Source of the DNA: Haplodiscus bocki
Taxonomy: Eukaryota
Reading direction: 5' to 3'
DNA: 64,000 bases
Assembly (NCBI GenBank): GCA_965655095.1
Contig: OZ296650.1
Location: 94,178,001 to 94,242,000 of the forward strand
The notes under the pieces are model-generated. The model was not told the DNA's origin, did no database searches, and was given only the letters and a program-made list of their open reading frames with translations. Both the position numbers and the translations under genes were made by a program. This document shows, piece by piece, positions 38,571 through 51,385 of the stretch. Position 1 is the first letter of the stretch. Each line of letters starts with the position of its first letter.

Positions 38571-41500
38571 CTAGTAGTAGTAAAAGATTTCATAAGAATA
38601 AACACTAAAAAAACCCAAATGAAGCTTGGGCTCGAAAATTATACAATGATTAACAGCAATTACCTTTAATAAAACATTAACAGGTCTGTCGCTCTTAACA
38701 AACCTTCAAATAGTTCCAAAAACGGATTTCAATTTTACTAAACTGGAATCATTGAAAAAGTTTATACAATGTATACTTTTCATTTGATTCACAAACAGAA
38801 CTACACGATTAAGAGGAAAATGATCTGTTTTCTGCTTCGTTATTAGAGGAATTTAGAACTTCTGTGTATTTCGATGAGGGTACTTTATTGATTTCATGGC
38901 CACATGTGAAGGGAAATCAATATAGTATTGATTGTTACGGCATTGATTAGAAAAAATGAGGTCCTGAGGCTGAATAAGCAAAAAAATTGGAAAGTTTAGG
39001 GGAACTTAACGTTCTTTGTAAATTTTTTTTACAACACATCCATTCCGTGATCGAAGGCAGAAATTTTTCTAGTTGCATGGAATTGGTAACATATACAGCT
39101 ACTGCAATTGATCCGTATAAAAGGCAGGGACGATTGTAAGATGGTCAAATGCAAAATTTACTATCGATTGAACAACTTTCAGCAAACAGCCAGTAAGAGA
39201 GATCCATCTCATATGCGCGTTTTTTTCTGTCATTTGAATATAATGTCCAATTGAAAGAAGACCCATCTTTGATTCTAAGATCTCTAACCGCTTCATGTGT
39301 AAGGTCACCATTGAGACTACATACTGGTACATTTTTAGCTTCAATGGATTTGGTGAAGTCCACGAAAATTGTTTTCGGCAAAAAAGGTTCATTTTTTGCA
39401 TGACACCATCAATGTAGACTGAGGAGATCGATTTGTGATAACATCATATAGTGAGTGCATAATTTTGTGTTATCTGCATACATGGAAACTTCTGAGTTCA
39501 GCGTTCAGCATGGCAGATCTTTATTGAAAAGAAGAAAAAAGTCCCAAGTATAGAGATTTGACGCACTTCATTTCAAAGAGGGCGTTCGGTTGTGCGAGCA
39601 CCATGTATGATTTTAGTCCCCTTCCGACCAAAGGTGTGAGAAGGAAGCACTTGTGATAGTTTCCCTCCATTACTGTTTGTCGAGAGTAAGAAAGTTGAAT
39701 GCTTCAGAGAACCGTGAACACAGGAAATATAAACCTTTAGCAGAGTGAGGGCTACTGTAAATAGTATATAAGCAAGTAAGGAGTTGCGTAACTGTTGACT
39801 TACGTTTCTTGAATCAGTGTTGATCGCTGCAAGAAACAAGTGACATGAAGTTTTTAAATCGGCGAAAAAGACGTTTCTTTTAACACAGAGAAAATATCGA
39901 AAAGTTTGCAGCCGGCCGAAACTACATGATGTTGGTCTTGACACCAGACATCGAAAGAAGTTGAATTTGAACAGTTCTCTTTCATCAGGTAGAAAAACTA
40001 TAGATAAAACTTGTTTAAATTTTTTGTTAGAGTCAGGTCAGAAAACGTTTGTTGTATTTAGAGACAGTTGAAGCTTTCATAACTTCAGTACTAGTTAGTT
40101 TGAAACTTTTTCAACAACTTTCAGTCAATTTATCAGTTGAGAACACCATATCAAATAATTTTTTTTCAAATGTAGTTCAAATTTTGCCAGATAGGTTAAA
40201 TACACCTTCAAAAGGTGACCTAAAGAAGTTGGTTTAATCCCAGTGATTTCTCAATTTTGATGAATCCCCTTAAAACATGGCGGAAAGAAACTTTATACTC
40301 GGTTGAAAAGGGCGACTCGAGGATGAAACAATCATTGATGGAAACGTTCAGGGACAGAAACTTTTCTAGGAAGTAGGCTGTATCAAAGTCAACAGAATTC
40401 AACGACATGTCTGCTTAAATCAAGTAAACCATCACTGGAAAACATCTTTAGCTGCAATTCATTAAGATTCTGCAAACGAACTGTTTCTTACGAAAATAAA
40501 ACTGTACTTCAGCTTTTATTCCTGCGTTTTAGGTGAGTATAGTGACTAAACCTGTCAGTTATTGGATTAGGGAAATGCGAGAGGTACACAAAAAGTGCGA
40601 AAAACGATAAAAGTTAATGGGAGAGAAATGAAGGGAAAACATCAAAGTCTGTTTCGCTATCACCTAATTTTTTAGTTGGTCGACGACAAGGCGAAGTTGA
40701 GCAGGAAACCAATACATCAATTGTGAAAAGACCGTTGTCGGTCAAGCTTTCGTAAGGATAAATATCGATGCTCCTGAAAAGATCTGGTTTTACGCATTTA
40801 AAGTTGATAGCATTGCCTAACTTGTGTGTCGGGTGTTTCAGGATTTGATTATAGCCTGACGTAGCAAAATGTCCGGAACCAATTGAGTACATTCTCGGTA
40901 AATCTAATCTGAGGGGAAATGAAACCTCTCTATGTTTGGAAGGCTGAAATCTCCCGTGAAGAAAATTTTTCTGTAACTCCAAGTGGTTTAATGTCCAGTA
41001 TGAAGTGTCGGCTCAATTTGCATTTACTACGTACAGCTGCACTTTAAACCGCAATGAATAGTGTAGTTTTGATGGTGGCCTTACAAGCAAAATCGTTATT
41101 TAGATTTACTTCTCTAAGTTCCATTTTTTTGTACAGATAAAGATTATACCCGCATGCTGATTCAGAACTCTATCTACTCTCGAAATTTTCAAACTTGTCA
41201 GGTTTAGGGAGTACTTTTTGGTCCACAATTTCTTCGGGCCAAAATTCCGAAAAAAAAGAAAAGTGAAGCATTGGTAAAAAGAACGAGATTTATGAGCTTC
41301 ATTCGAGTTTATAGGAAAACCAAAAATTTAGTGTTTGAATAGAAGACGCTAATTGAACACGCAGAATTTCAAACTCCTCTTCTCTTCATGACTTGATACA
41401 ATTTTTGACTCTTTTTTTGATACGATCTCTTTCTGTTCATAAAGGCAGTTAGTCTCATAGTTTTTGAGATTTTTCCGTCCGGTCTCAATTTCAAATTTTG

Positions 41501-42250
41501 ACAGTCCTTTCGTAATATTGGTTTTCCGTACCTCGAACAGCTTAGCTTCAATTGCTCTCAGGACAGTAATTCTCGCACCATAGCTTGAACCAAATGTGAT
41601 TAGAATCTTTTTGGTTTTCCCTCCAATTCTTTTACCTATACGACAGAATTTTGTGTTCGAAGTCTACCAGAAGATGCAAGAACTGATGGAACGTTGTTTT
41701 GATGGTCGACTTCTTGTGCAGGGCGATCGGTTCAAACTTTTGTAAACCGATAACGCGGCTTTAACATTTAGGCTCCTCGATGTCGTTGTTTTTCCTGACA
41801 AAGAAGTGAATATATGGAACGTGTGTTACTGAAATTTCAAAATTGTTCGTCACCTTGCTTAGTTTTTTTGTTCAACATGTATTGAACAGATTTTTCGTTT
41901 AAAGGTATCAATGTTTAATACAGAATTAGAAACACTTTTGGACAAGCCCCCTTGAATATTAGAAAATGATGAAAATTGTGCGTGTAATTTAGCTTCAAGG
42001 AGGAATTTGTTTTTACAGTTTTCATCAAAAAGCAAGAAACAGTTATTTTCGTTCCAAAACAGTCACCCTCATCGCTTATGAACGCTACACCTGCGGTGTC
42101 GAACTATTTCTGACAAGCATCATACGATAATCCAGAATCTTCGTCCCTCACTGTTTTATTGCATGTTTTTGCACGCTATGCCGCTGCCATTTACCTGTCC
42201 AATCGTTTCCGTCAGTTAGTCATTTGAGCTTGTGTTTTTTTTACATGTTT
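38571..42250 (-). mobile_element. Degenerate CR1/L2-type non-LTR retrotransposon (ORF1, APE endonuclease, partly deleted RT, (CTA)n tail)
   Basis: ORF1-like 'IGKRIGGKTKKILITFGSSYGARITVLRAIE' (~41550-41640); APE end 'QILKHPTHKLGNAINF..LTDN' (ORF 40614-40982); RT 'SILG..KDLP..MYADNTKL' (~39460-39560); 'VRDLRI..SSFNWTLY' (39145-39381); tail tactactactag at 38571-38583. Confidence 0.8.
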
Positions 42251-43599
42251 TCCACAGCAACCAGGCTACGGATGGTTTTTAATGCAAAACGTTGCCTACA
42301 ATCTTTTGATATTGAAACCGGTTGTCAAAGCTTTAAAATGTTCTTCTACTGCTCTTCAGATTGATATCAAATAGTTACATATATCTTAGTGACTTCAAAG
42401 ATGTTGAAACAAATGAGTGTTTCCATATTCTTGCACAATTTTCCACACTGCTTTCCATGATCAAAATCCAATAAATTCAATAACCATCCAATAGTTCCAA
42501 AAATGTAAAGGACAGTACTAAATTGCAAACTCAATAGGTAACCAAGATTTGGCAACGACGAGAAATACAAAATCCATTCGTCTAAGAAATGTGCAGAGTA
42601 TGAGGCGATCGGTGGAGGGTGTTGCAGAAAAGTCGTACCCCGTCCCAAAGTAAACAATCTTCGCAAATGTTTTCTTTCAAACAACGAGCACCGTGAGCAC
42701 ATTTACAAACTTTTCATCCACGTGCTTCTGCGAAAATAATTTTTCGTTCGGATGGAAAGTGTTCTAGCGTTACAGCTTTAATTGAGCTTCCATGAAATGT
42801 ATTACTTCTTTCAATCAGATGTGGAAATTACGTTGACACGTTTCTCAATGGTGAACGTCAGTAAACTCATCTTTCCTTCAATTGCTGACTCAGTGAACTC
42901 GAAGTGACTTTATTCAGCTAAGCACTTTCAGTGTCCACGTAAACTTGTTTGACACGACAATCAAAAGCAAGAATTTTTTACAAAATGCGTGAAAATACTG
43001 GACCCAAATCCGATACTTCTGGGTTTTTGATAGTGGAACACTGCACCTATATCCGCAGTTAGGTTTTGCATCCGCATCCCAATATGGTTAAAAGCAGACA
43101 TAAATCTGCTTTCGAATTTTTCTGGAACTCCTGAGTTCAAAACATGAAAACATGAAAGTTTCGATTCGAAAACGCAGAAAAAGGAAGTTTGAATGGAATC
43201 GAATATTTTTTTGACCATGATGAAAACTTCTAATGCATGAAACCACTTTCCTTGCAGCCAATGCTGCTGAGATATCATCCTTCCGTCATTTGGGCAAAAA
43301 AAGCTGATGCCTCGGGACCCCAGCAAATCTTCGTGGAGTTAACGCACATTCCCTTTGCGGACGGAAAAACTCTAATCGTAGCGCTACAATGAATCTGTAC
43401 GAACCATCAATCGATTATCAAACGTACCTTGTCTTTGTTTTAAACACTGTCAATGAGGAGAAAACTAAAAGAACAGAAACTTTTGGAAAGACGAAAGGAA
43501 CTACTTGAGGGTGGCATAGTAGATATGAAAATCAAAAAACAATAAAAGTGTCGGTTTTGAAAATGACGAACCTGTGGATATTGTCGGAAGACAATCAAC

Positions 43600-46463
43600 A
43601 GTGTCACGTAAACTATGTTTTTTAGGTGTAAACATCCCAGGTTAATTTTTTTAAAAAAAGACGATGAAAAACTGTGGGCCCAAAAAGACGATACAAAAAG
43701 CTTTTCAGAATCTTCGTTGCTGTTTGAAAATGCAAACTCGGATCTGTTCCTACTAATTTACGGGATATCCCGCTCGGACAGAAAAAACTTCACCGGTACA
43801 ACTTCCCCCCACTAAAGTGCGTCAGGAAGTCATTTCTGACGAAAAAAATCATCTTTGTTCCAAAAGCAAGGGTTCTGTTGTCTCATAAACAGTGGGAACC
43901 AATGGAAAAAAATTATTACTGCTGATCTAATACCGGCAGCTGAAAGCCCCACAACCTACTCTGTCGAAGACTTTAGTGTTTTCATCAACTCTTCATCAGC
44001 GGGTAACAAGCGTGTTGACGAAAATGCAGCACACGGAGATTTTAACCTCAATTCTGCTGTTTGGAATTCACTTTCATCAAGTCATTGTTTGAAGTATTTT
44101 TAATAGACTTCCATGACACAAATCTTCCTGTATGGAAGATTGATTGACCTACAGCAGCTGCAGGAAAATTTGAACCTTTATTTCTCAGCGGCAACATCAA
44201 TATATTCAAACTGGAGTCAATTTTCGGAAAAGATTTCTTTTCAGAACCTCCAACGATTTTCATTTTTCCTCATCAATAAAGCATGTGTGCAAACGTGAAG
44301 CTGAAGCCATCAAAACAGAAAACGTTTTTTTAAGTTCCTTTGACATACATGATCTGATTAACAAAAAAGCTTCACAACTTACAACTTACTGCCACAAGGG
44401 ATCTTGAAGGTTTGTTGCAAACGGTTTCATGACCTCCTACGGGAACCACTGCCCAACCGAACACTACACCGTGCAATAAAACTGCAATGGGTTAGCCATA
44501 AAATCTTCTCAAAACCTGATAAGCTTACAAACGGAGCAGAAACGCTACTTTGTGTCGCACGAGGAAAAAGAGAAAATCATAAATTCTGTTGGAAAGCTCA
44601 TGGATTAGGGCACAAACAAATAGGAGGAAAATCCTGGATCAAAACGTTCGTTTTCCAAACTAATCAAAAAATTCCGATCCCTCAAGAAAAATGGTTTAAC
44701 TTCGATAATGCTTTGGGTTTTGGGGAAAAAGACAAAACAAAAACAAAACTTTTTCCTAATTTTTTTTGAAACACTCGGCATATACTCTCAAGATTTTTGC
44801 GAAACATCGCCGAAACCACTGACAAACCTAGTAACTCGGACAAGCAACGATGAATTAGAGGTAGCAAAAAGCTCCACCAAGTTGCATATTTTCAAAAGCA
44901 AAGGACGAAACAACTTACGCATCATTTTATCACGTTCCACGTCTATCAATATGGCTATGCTTCTCAGCGACATTTATTGCAAATTACTTCATCTTTTAGT
45001 TCAGCTAATTTCTTTCAAAAAAGCACCAGTTAGTCCAGTTTTCGAGAAGAAAATTATATGGCATATAGATAAATATCAAAAACAGTCACTTGTATTGATT
45101 CCATACAACATTCCAGCAAAGAAACTTTATCGAAGACCTTATGATCTTTCCGTTGCGACTTCCTAGGTTTCCCGGTATGGTTTCCAGAACAAAAATGAAT
45201 AGTTTTGCAACTTTGAATTTTTCTAGATGAAATTCATGAAGTTTTTGAAAACGATAAAGAATTGTACGTCATTTTTACTGAACTCATCACAACTCTTGAT
45301 CGTGTTCGTCAAATTACGCTTTTGATGAAAGTTTTGAATTGAGGGATAAAATCGAAATTTTTCTTTTTTTTAAATCTCATTTCATGAAGAGAAACCAATT
45401 TGTCACACTGAATGGTCAATCAACCGAAGCTTTGATCGTGACAAGCAGAAATCAATCACAGTGCCGTATTATGGGCCCATTGTTCTTCCCTGTGTTTCTA
45501 TGTACACTGCCAGCAAAATGTCATAGTTTCCTGCCCCTGTTTTTTGCTGACGAAACTAAAATTATCAGTACTGGTTTGTGCCAAGAAGTTTTTCACAAGG
45601 AGTTATATGCCATTTTTGGCTGCAGCATCGACAACTAATGTTTTAATATCAACAAAGGTACACTTATGGAAATTGGTAAAACTGTAGCCGACTTTGATTT
45701 TTAATTCGAAAACAAAATTTTTCGCAAGGTCACGTCACATTCTGATCTTGGTTTTGCTTTGGCAACAGATTCCTGGTGGAATCACCACACTGACAAAAGG
45801 AGTTTGTTAGCTTTGAAAGTTTACCACATAATCAGAAGTTATGCCCCAAACCTGGGTTGGGAAGCAAATTTGTCTCTTAAGAAAAAAGCAGTGGCGTCAT
45901 ATATCACCTGTGCCAGCCCATTTTTTGAACTTTTGAAACATGTTGAAAGTGTGGAAGGGCGAGTGACCCAATGGATAGCTCAACACGTTCCTTCCTACAA
46001 GAATCCATCTATGATTTACAAAAACTCTTCCACTGCCAATGTATTTATAACTAAAAAACCTCCTATTGTTACCGGAGCTTCTCTCTGGTAGTGTTGAAGT
46101 AGACGATGAGTCCCTGCTCAGTTATAGGGGGATTCAGCGTAAAACTATGTTTCAGGTACAGCGACCCAAATGAATGCCAACAGAGGATTACTTCTTCTAC
46201 CACACAAGTCGTCTCGCAAACGAATCACGCGTCAATTTGCGGAGGAGAAATTTTCTCCAAAAGAAACTACTGGGAATCGTCTGGAGTGACATCAAATCTT
46301 TCGACGAATGGAAGAAATGCAACTGGCGCATAGCGTGTGACAGAACTTTCAACAATTGTCGAAACAAGTGGATAATCTGAACTCGAGCTGTGCAGGGCCC
46401 AAAGCCCCTTGTGGACACCCACATGACCACAAAAATCCTACTACTACTAGTACTACTTCTTCT
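43600..46463 (+). mobile_element. Degenerate CR1/L2-type non-LTR retrotransposon (APE-RT)
   Basis: 'RSDR' (~43771), 'HGDFNL' (~44032), RT 'IMGPLFFPVFLCTLP..LFFADETKI' (ORF 45339-45638), Cys-containing C-terminus 'CNWRIACD..CRNKW' (ends 46380), and a (CTA)n tail at ~46438-46463. Confidence 0.85.
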
Positions 46464-48365
46464 TAGTGGCTTTTTGATGGTATCAGCTTCTGGCGTTATG
46501 CCTGCTTTTAACCAAAAACAAAATTTAGTCATCGGTGATGTGAAACCAATACTCTACTACCGTATCCAGAGCGTCTGCTGAACCCCTGGAAGACAAATAG
46601 TAGCGTCTGGAATAAAACAGCAGAGATTGGTCAGCAAATTCTTAGCAACGTCTACAAATAGCGTTGTGCCGGTGCGGTTTTCCCTACTGGCGTTTTGAAC
46701 AATTGAAAAAGCAGTTTGCTTTAGCACAGTAACGTGAAATTAAGAAAACGTTCTATGGGTGAGAATGCACACTCAATACATCAATTGGAGGAAAGAAAAA
46801 AACACGTTCAGAATTTCAATTACCAGTGCAAACCACTATCACTGACAAACCAAATAACAAGAATAATATTCAATTGAAATCGTCTCTTGATGTCTCGGAC
46901 ATCAACATTTGTTGAAAATTAAAGAACAAATTAGCACGTTGAGTAGATAGCTTTTTTGTTTTTACTGCCTCCGAAAACAAAAAAAAACAACTCTTTTCTA
47001 ACATCTCCCGAACCTACTTTAAAAAACAATGTTCCCCACATACTTGATTTGAAAATAAATTGACCGTCAAACTTTTTTTTGATTGTTTTATAGTAATTTC
47101 TCAAGCCATGATGTCACAGTTTTTATTGTGATGGTAATTTATTATTATTCCTTGGAAGCCCATCGTGATTTAAAATCTGAAAAGTTGTGTGTGGGGAAGG
47201 GCGGACTTATGTGATTTCCGAAAAAATCAAACTGCTTTCAATCATTCTTTTTAAACTTTTTTCTCACTGATTGATTTGTATTCTGCTGATGAATGAAGAA
47301 ATTTGACGTGACACAAGATCATTTTAAATCAGCGCAAGTTTCCGTTAACTATGTCAAGAGTCAGCCCACCGTCAAGCGTAATCAAACTTCAAATAAGAAA
47401 AATCTTTCATTCAAAATAAAACAGTCTATCGAGCTCAAGATTTTTCCAACCAAACGGCACCGCTGAAACAAAGTCCAAAAAGTGAACAAAGACCACCGTT
47501 AAAACCATGTTAGTTAAAATTTAGATCGCACAATGCTACTTAAACCACTTAGCCAAATGTAATTTACAGACTTTGAACTGGTGAAAATGGGGTGGGTTGG
47601 CACCTTGGTCCCTTTCTCGCAGGTCACACTTATGGAGTTGGTTGGGTTTGGGTAGGAAATTTATTTCACGGTTATTCAAAAATGGAACCAAGAAGAGTGA
47701 TACAATTTGTTTGTTGTATATGGAATCGTGAAACTCACTGCTTTCGAATTCTAAAAAGGTTTTGTTTCATAACCAAACAGTGCTGACCAAACAAAAGACT
47801 TTTCAACAATCCTTTGAAATTACGAAATTCTACCCATTTACAATGGCTTAAATTGCATATATTCATCGAACTGATGCATATTTATTCAGAATATGATAAT
47901 GTGACCTTTAAAATTTTTTGTTGGGTCAACACTGTTTCCAAAACTCAAAAGTTTCAATCAGTTTTGAATGTTGCGTTTTTCTGGGCGTGGGGTTTGCTTC
48001 ATTGCCCAAGTATTCAAAGTTTCTGTGGTGTGAAATTCAAACACAACTCGAAGTTTGCGCAATCTTTTCAATTAGTTCAAAGTGAAAAATATGTTCACAA
48101 AATATTTAGGACAAGTCTTGATTGGGTCAATCAACGCAGCCAAAGAAGTGCAGTGGAACCCGTGTAGTTTGGTATCCTTTGTACTGTCAGTTATTCACAA
48201 TCTGGGCGAATGTCAGATTAATGTGAAACAAGTAATTTTGATGTGATCGGAATTGCTCATAGTTTATATTGTAGACGCGTTACAAAAACTATCCATATCA
48301 AATAATAAGGGTTCCACTATAAACGAAAAAAGTTCAAGACAAGGAAACAAGGAAGTAAAAATTCA

Positions 48366-50260
48366 TTAGGCTTTGTTTGGCAAATGTTGATTTCCAGCCC
48401 ATTTGATTTTATTTAGAACCCTTGACATCTCAGACTGGCTCAGTTTATTTTTCGACTTTGCAATTCCATTCTGCACTTCGCGTTTTGTAATTCGAAGCAT
48501 AAAAGTCTCACAGATTGACACGGCTGCCAAAACAACTTTACTAGGTTTCCCGTCCCTCCTGGTTTTGAGTGTTTTCCGGAATTGGTTTGTGTCTCAGCTC
48601 GATCGCAAATGCTTTTCGGATTCCGCTGCTTCAATCTCAGAGGAGTCAGGGGGAATACGAAGATTCGGATCCTCCTGATTGTTGACGTTTATGCTGAATT
48701 ACTTTTGCCACAGAACTTCTCTAAGGAGTTTTAATTGCCGTGGTGGTAGGCTTTGAACTCGCAAATTGTTTCGGAATAGGTATTAACTAAGTCGTTGGTA
48801 ATGAAATACTGTTTGCTGGACCACTTTTGTTTTATGGCGTTGATGAAATTGACGAGGCAGTATTTCTCTTCAGGGTGTCATGGTAGAAATCAATCCCAGA
48901 TGTTTTTGGCATAATATAAATCTTTTCAGCTGTGTCCGGTCTGTGCGAAAACTAGATTGCGTGAAACGCACGCGCTTCGGCGGGACTTTGAACGGCACTG
49001 TATTTCATATCTGTATCCCACATTTTGCGGATGGGGGTTCCGTGGCAAAATTTCTCCGGAATTTCTTCATCAAAAAATTTCTCCAGGACTTTTCGTATTG
49101 TGGCAGCCAAAGAAAGGTCTTTTGTATCCAACGACGTGCTAAAAACTAGTTTTGTTCGATTACCGTGCTTATTCTTGACACTCCTCTAAGGCGCTTCAAC
49201 CACGCAAACTGCCTTGGTGAATTTTGATCTGTTGATTGTGGTCGGGGCCTGTTTTATGATTATCCGATGTTATTTTGCCGTGTTTTTATTTCTTTTCGCT
49301 TCCTCCCAGGTCAAATCCGGTAATGGGCCAACCCAACCGCTCCAATCACCAACGATAGTGATACATATTTGGAAGCCTTCATTTATTCCAACATTAGTTT
49401 TCTTTCGCTCGAATCGGCATTGCTTATTTCTTCAATACGATTCACTACAACAGCCACAGCTTCCATTTCCGTAACTCTTTCAAATTAGTCGCGTTTCGTT
49501 TTGGTCTTTTCTTTGAAGGAGCCTTTTTGATACTTTTTCCTCACATCTTCAATGATTCTGCTCCAGTCATTCTCCATTACATCAGGAAGAATTGACTGCC
49601 TGTAGGCACGAATATAGTTGACCATTTTTTCGAACAAAACTAGATAATTGACCATCGTCGAGTTCCTTAGAGACCGTTTTTGGACATATTCCCTCACAAA
49701 CACTGCTTAAATAGTTGGCTCTTCGCAATTGTGGGTTGCTTCAATCGCACGGCAATGAAAGGTTAACTGTGTTGAAGAAACGTTCCATTTCCCCAAAATA
49801 CCTCCATCCTCATAAAGACTTTTTTGGTGCCTCATCCATGTCTCAACAAATTCCTTTTGAGGATGTGAAAGTTGCAAACGGAACTGTTTCACAGAGAGAC
49901 TGATGTTTCGAGGGAATAAATCAACATTCTCTCTATCAATAACGCGTTCAATAGGGTGGTTTTTCTGATGCTTCCCACGACCGCCAAATCTGAAAAGCAA
50001 ACTGAACATTGGTAGCAACGATTAGTTTGGAGTGTGCTGTGATAAGTCGGAATAAAATTGCGTAATTTGTTTTCTGTCCCAATTGCGTGCTTATTCGTTA
50101 AATGATCGCGCATATTCTTCACTTGTTTCATACACAACAAGGAAAGTTCTACATTAGGTGCCTTTGGCTTATTATTCCTGGACTCTGTTATTCGGAATTC
50201 AAACCCTAAAAAACTGTCATCATCACTTTCGCCTGTACTGTCTGACTCTCGCGCTGTTTC
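48366..50260 (-). pseudogene. Zinc finger + tyrosine recombinase (lambda-integrase fold) pseudogene
   Basis: C2H2-like 'LLCMKQVKNMRDHLTNKH' (~50090-50143); core-binding-like 'STMVNYLVLFEKMVNYI' (~49610-49662); box I 'SG[W]VGPLPDLTWEE' (W at 49333-49335 where Arg is expected); 'HKTG' (49247-49258); 'HGTPIRKMWDT' (~49012-49044); 'SHRPDTAEKIY' (His 48943-48945, Tyr 48916-48918); final stop TAA at 48366-48368. Confidence 0.8.
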
Positions 50261-50394
50261 TGTGGCAGGAACCGGAAGATCAATGAAGGTGAGCGATGCG
50301 TCATTCGCGAAACCAGTTAAACGAACCTGAGATATCTCGTCGAATAAATTTCCGCTAAATTCATGCGGGAGCCCATCAATTGATTGTGTTCTCT

Positions 50395-50775
50395 TCCTTG
50401 TTGGGCTTCTCCAACTTCTACTGCTGTTGTGGATTCTTGTTGGCGTTCTTCATTTTCTGCTGCTAGGGTGAACTGTTGGGCTTCTCCAATTTCTGCTGCT
50501 GATCTGGGTTCTTGTTGGCGTTCTTCATTTTCTGCTGCTAGGGTGAACTGTTGGGCTTCTCCAGTTTCTGCTGCTGCTGTGGATACTAATTGGCGTTCTT
50601 CATTTTCTGCCACTGGGGTGAATTGTTGCGCTTCTGCAGTTTCTGCTGCTGCTGTGAATTCTTGTTGGCGTTCTTCATTTTCTGCTCCTGGGGTGAAATG
50701 TTAGGCTTCTCCAAATTTTGCTGCTGCTGTGGATTCTTGTTGGCGTTCTTCAGTTCCTGCACTGGGGTGAAGTCT
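50395..50775 (-). repeat. 75-bp coding tandem repeat (25 aa, AENEERQQESTAAAETGEAQQFTLA), about 5 copies
   Basis: tggcgttcttca recurs at 50441, 50516, 50591, 50666, 50741. The period is a multiple of 3; one copy carries a CAA>TAA stop (~50701). Confidence 0.92.
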
Positions 50776-51385
50776 TGTTGGGGTTGCTGTTCCGGTCGAT
50801 GCTTTACAGCTTTTTCTGAAGCCATTGTTCATGCGGGCCCTTGCTCTATTGTCCCAGAATAATTTTCTGCCAGTTTCTCTGCTATTCTGTGGTGTCGTTT
50901 CAAGGCAGTAAGTTGCTGGTTGTTTGGTGAGAAAATTCTATGAAACTGTGTTGAAACAAACTTGGGCTGCCGCTGTGTATCGTTTGTTGTTTTGTGAGTC
51001 CAACTTCAACCTTATCGTCAATTGACTCATCGCTCCGAATGACACTTATTCCATTCATTGATGACCATCTAATAATATCATGGAAATTGTTCATAAATAT
51101 TCATACAGTCAAAATTAATTTTAGTTTTTTTAACCCCTGCCTCAAAAATCTTATACACTAAGACACGATACTGTTAGTTCACTGGCTTTTCACAGCGTAG
51201 CCAGGAGACTTGGAAATTTTTCCATTGAAAATAAAAAAAGTTCTCAGTTGGGGTTTCTTTTCAAAAAAAATGAACACGGCAACTGACTTGGAAATTCAAT
51301 TTTGTTACATTTAAAAATTTAATTTTTCCGTAGTTTGGCCGAATTCTGTGAACCGAATTCGCTATACTTAGACTAAAAAAACGGG

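Noticed and set aside
39099-39401. Upstream exons of the USP gene
   Set aside because: The translation matches the post-RT region of a LINE (VRDL..FNWT) and lies between the YADN motif and the CTA tail.
50395-50775. CRISPR-like array
   Set aside because: Units are contiguous 75-bp repeats without unique spacers, they are in frame in a coding region, and there are no cas genes in this eukaryotic context.
48366-50800. Alternative genetic code (TAA/TAG = Gln) explaining in-frame stops
   Set aside because: The same region also has frameshifts, and the intact USP and 662-aa ORFs contain no internal stops and end in TAG; ordinary decay is sufficient.
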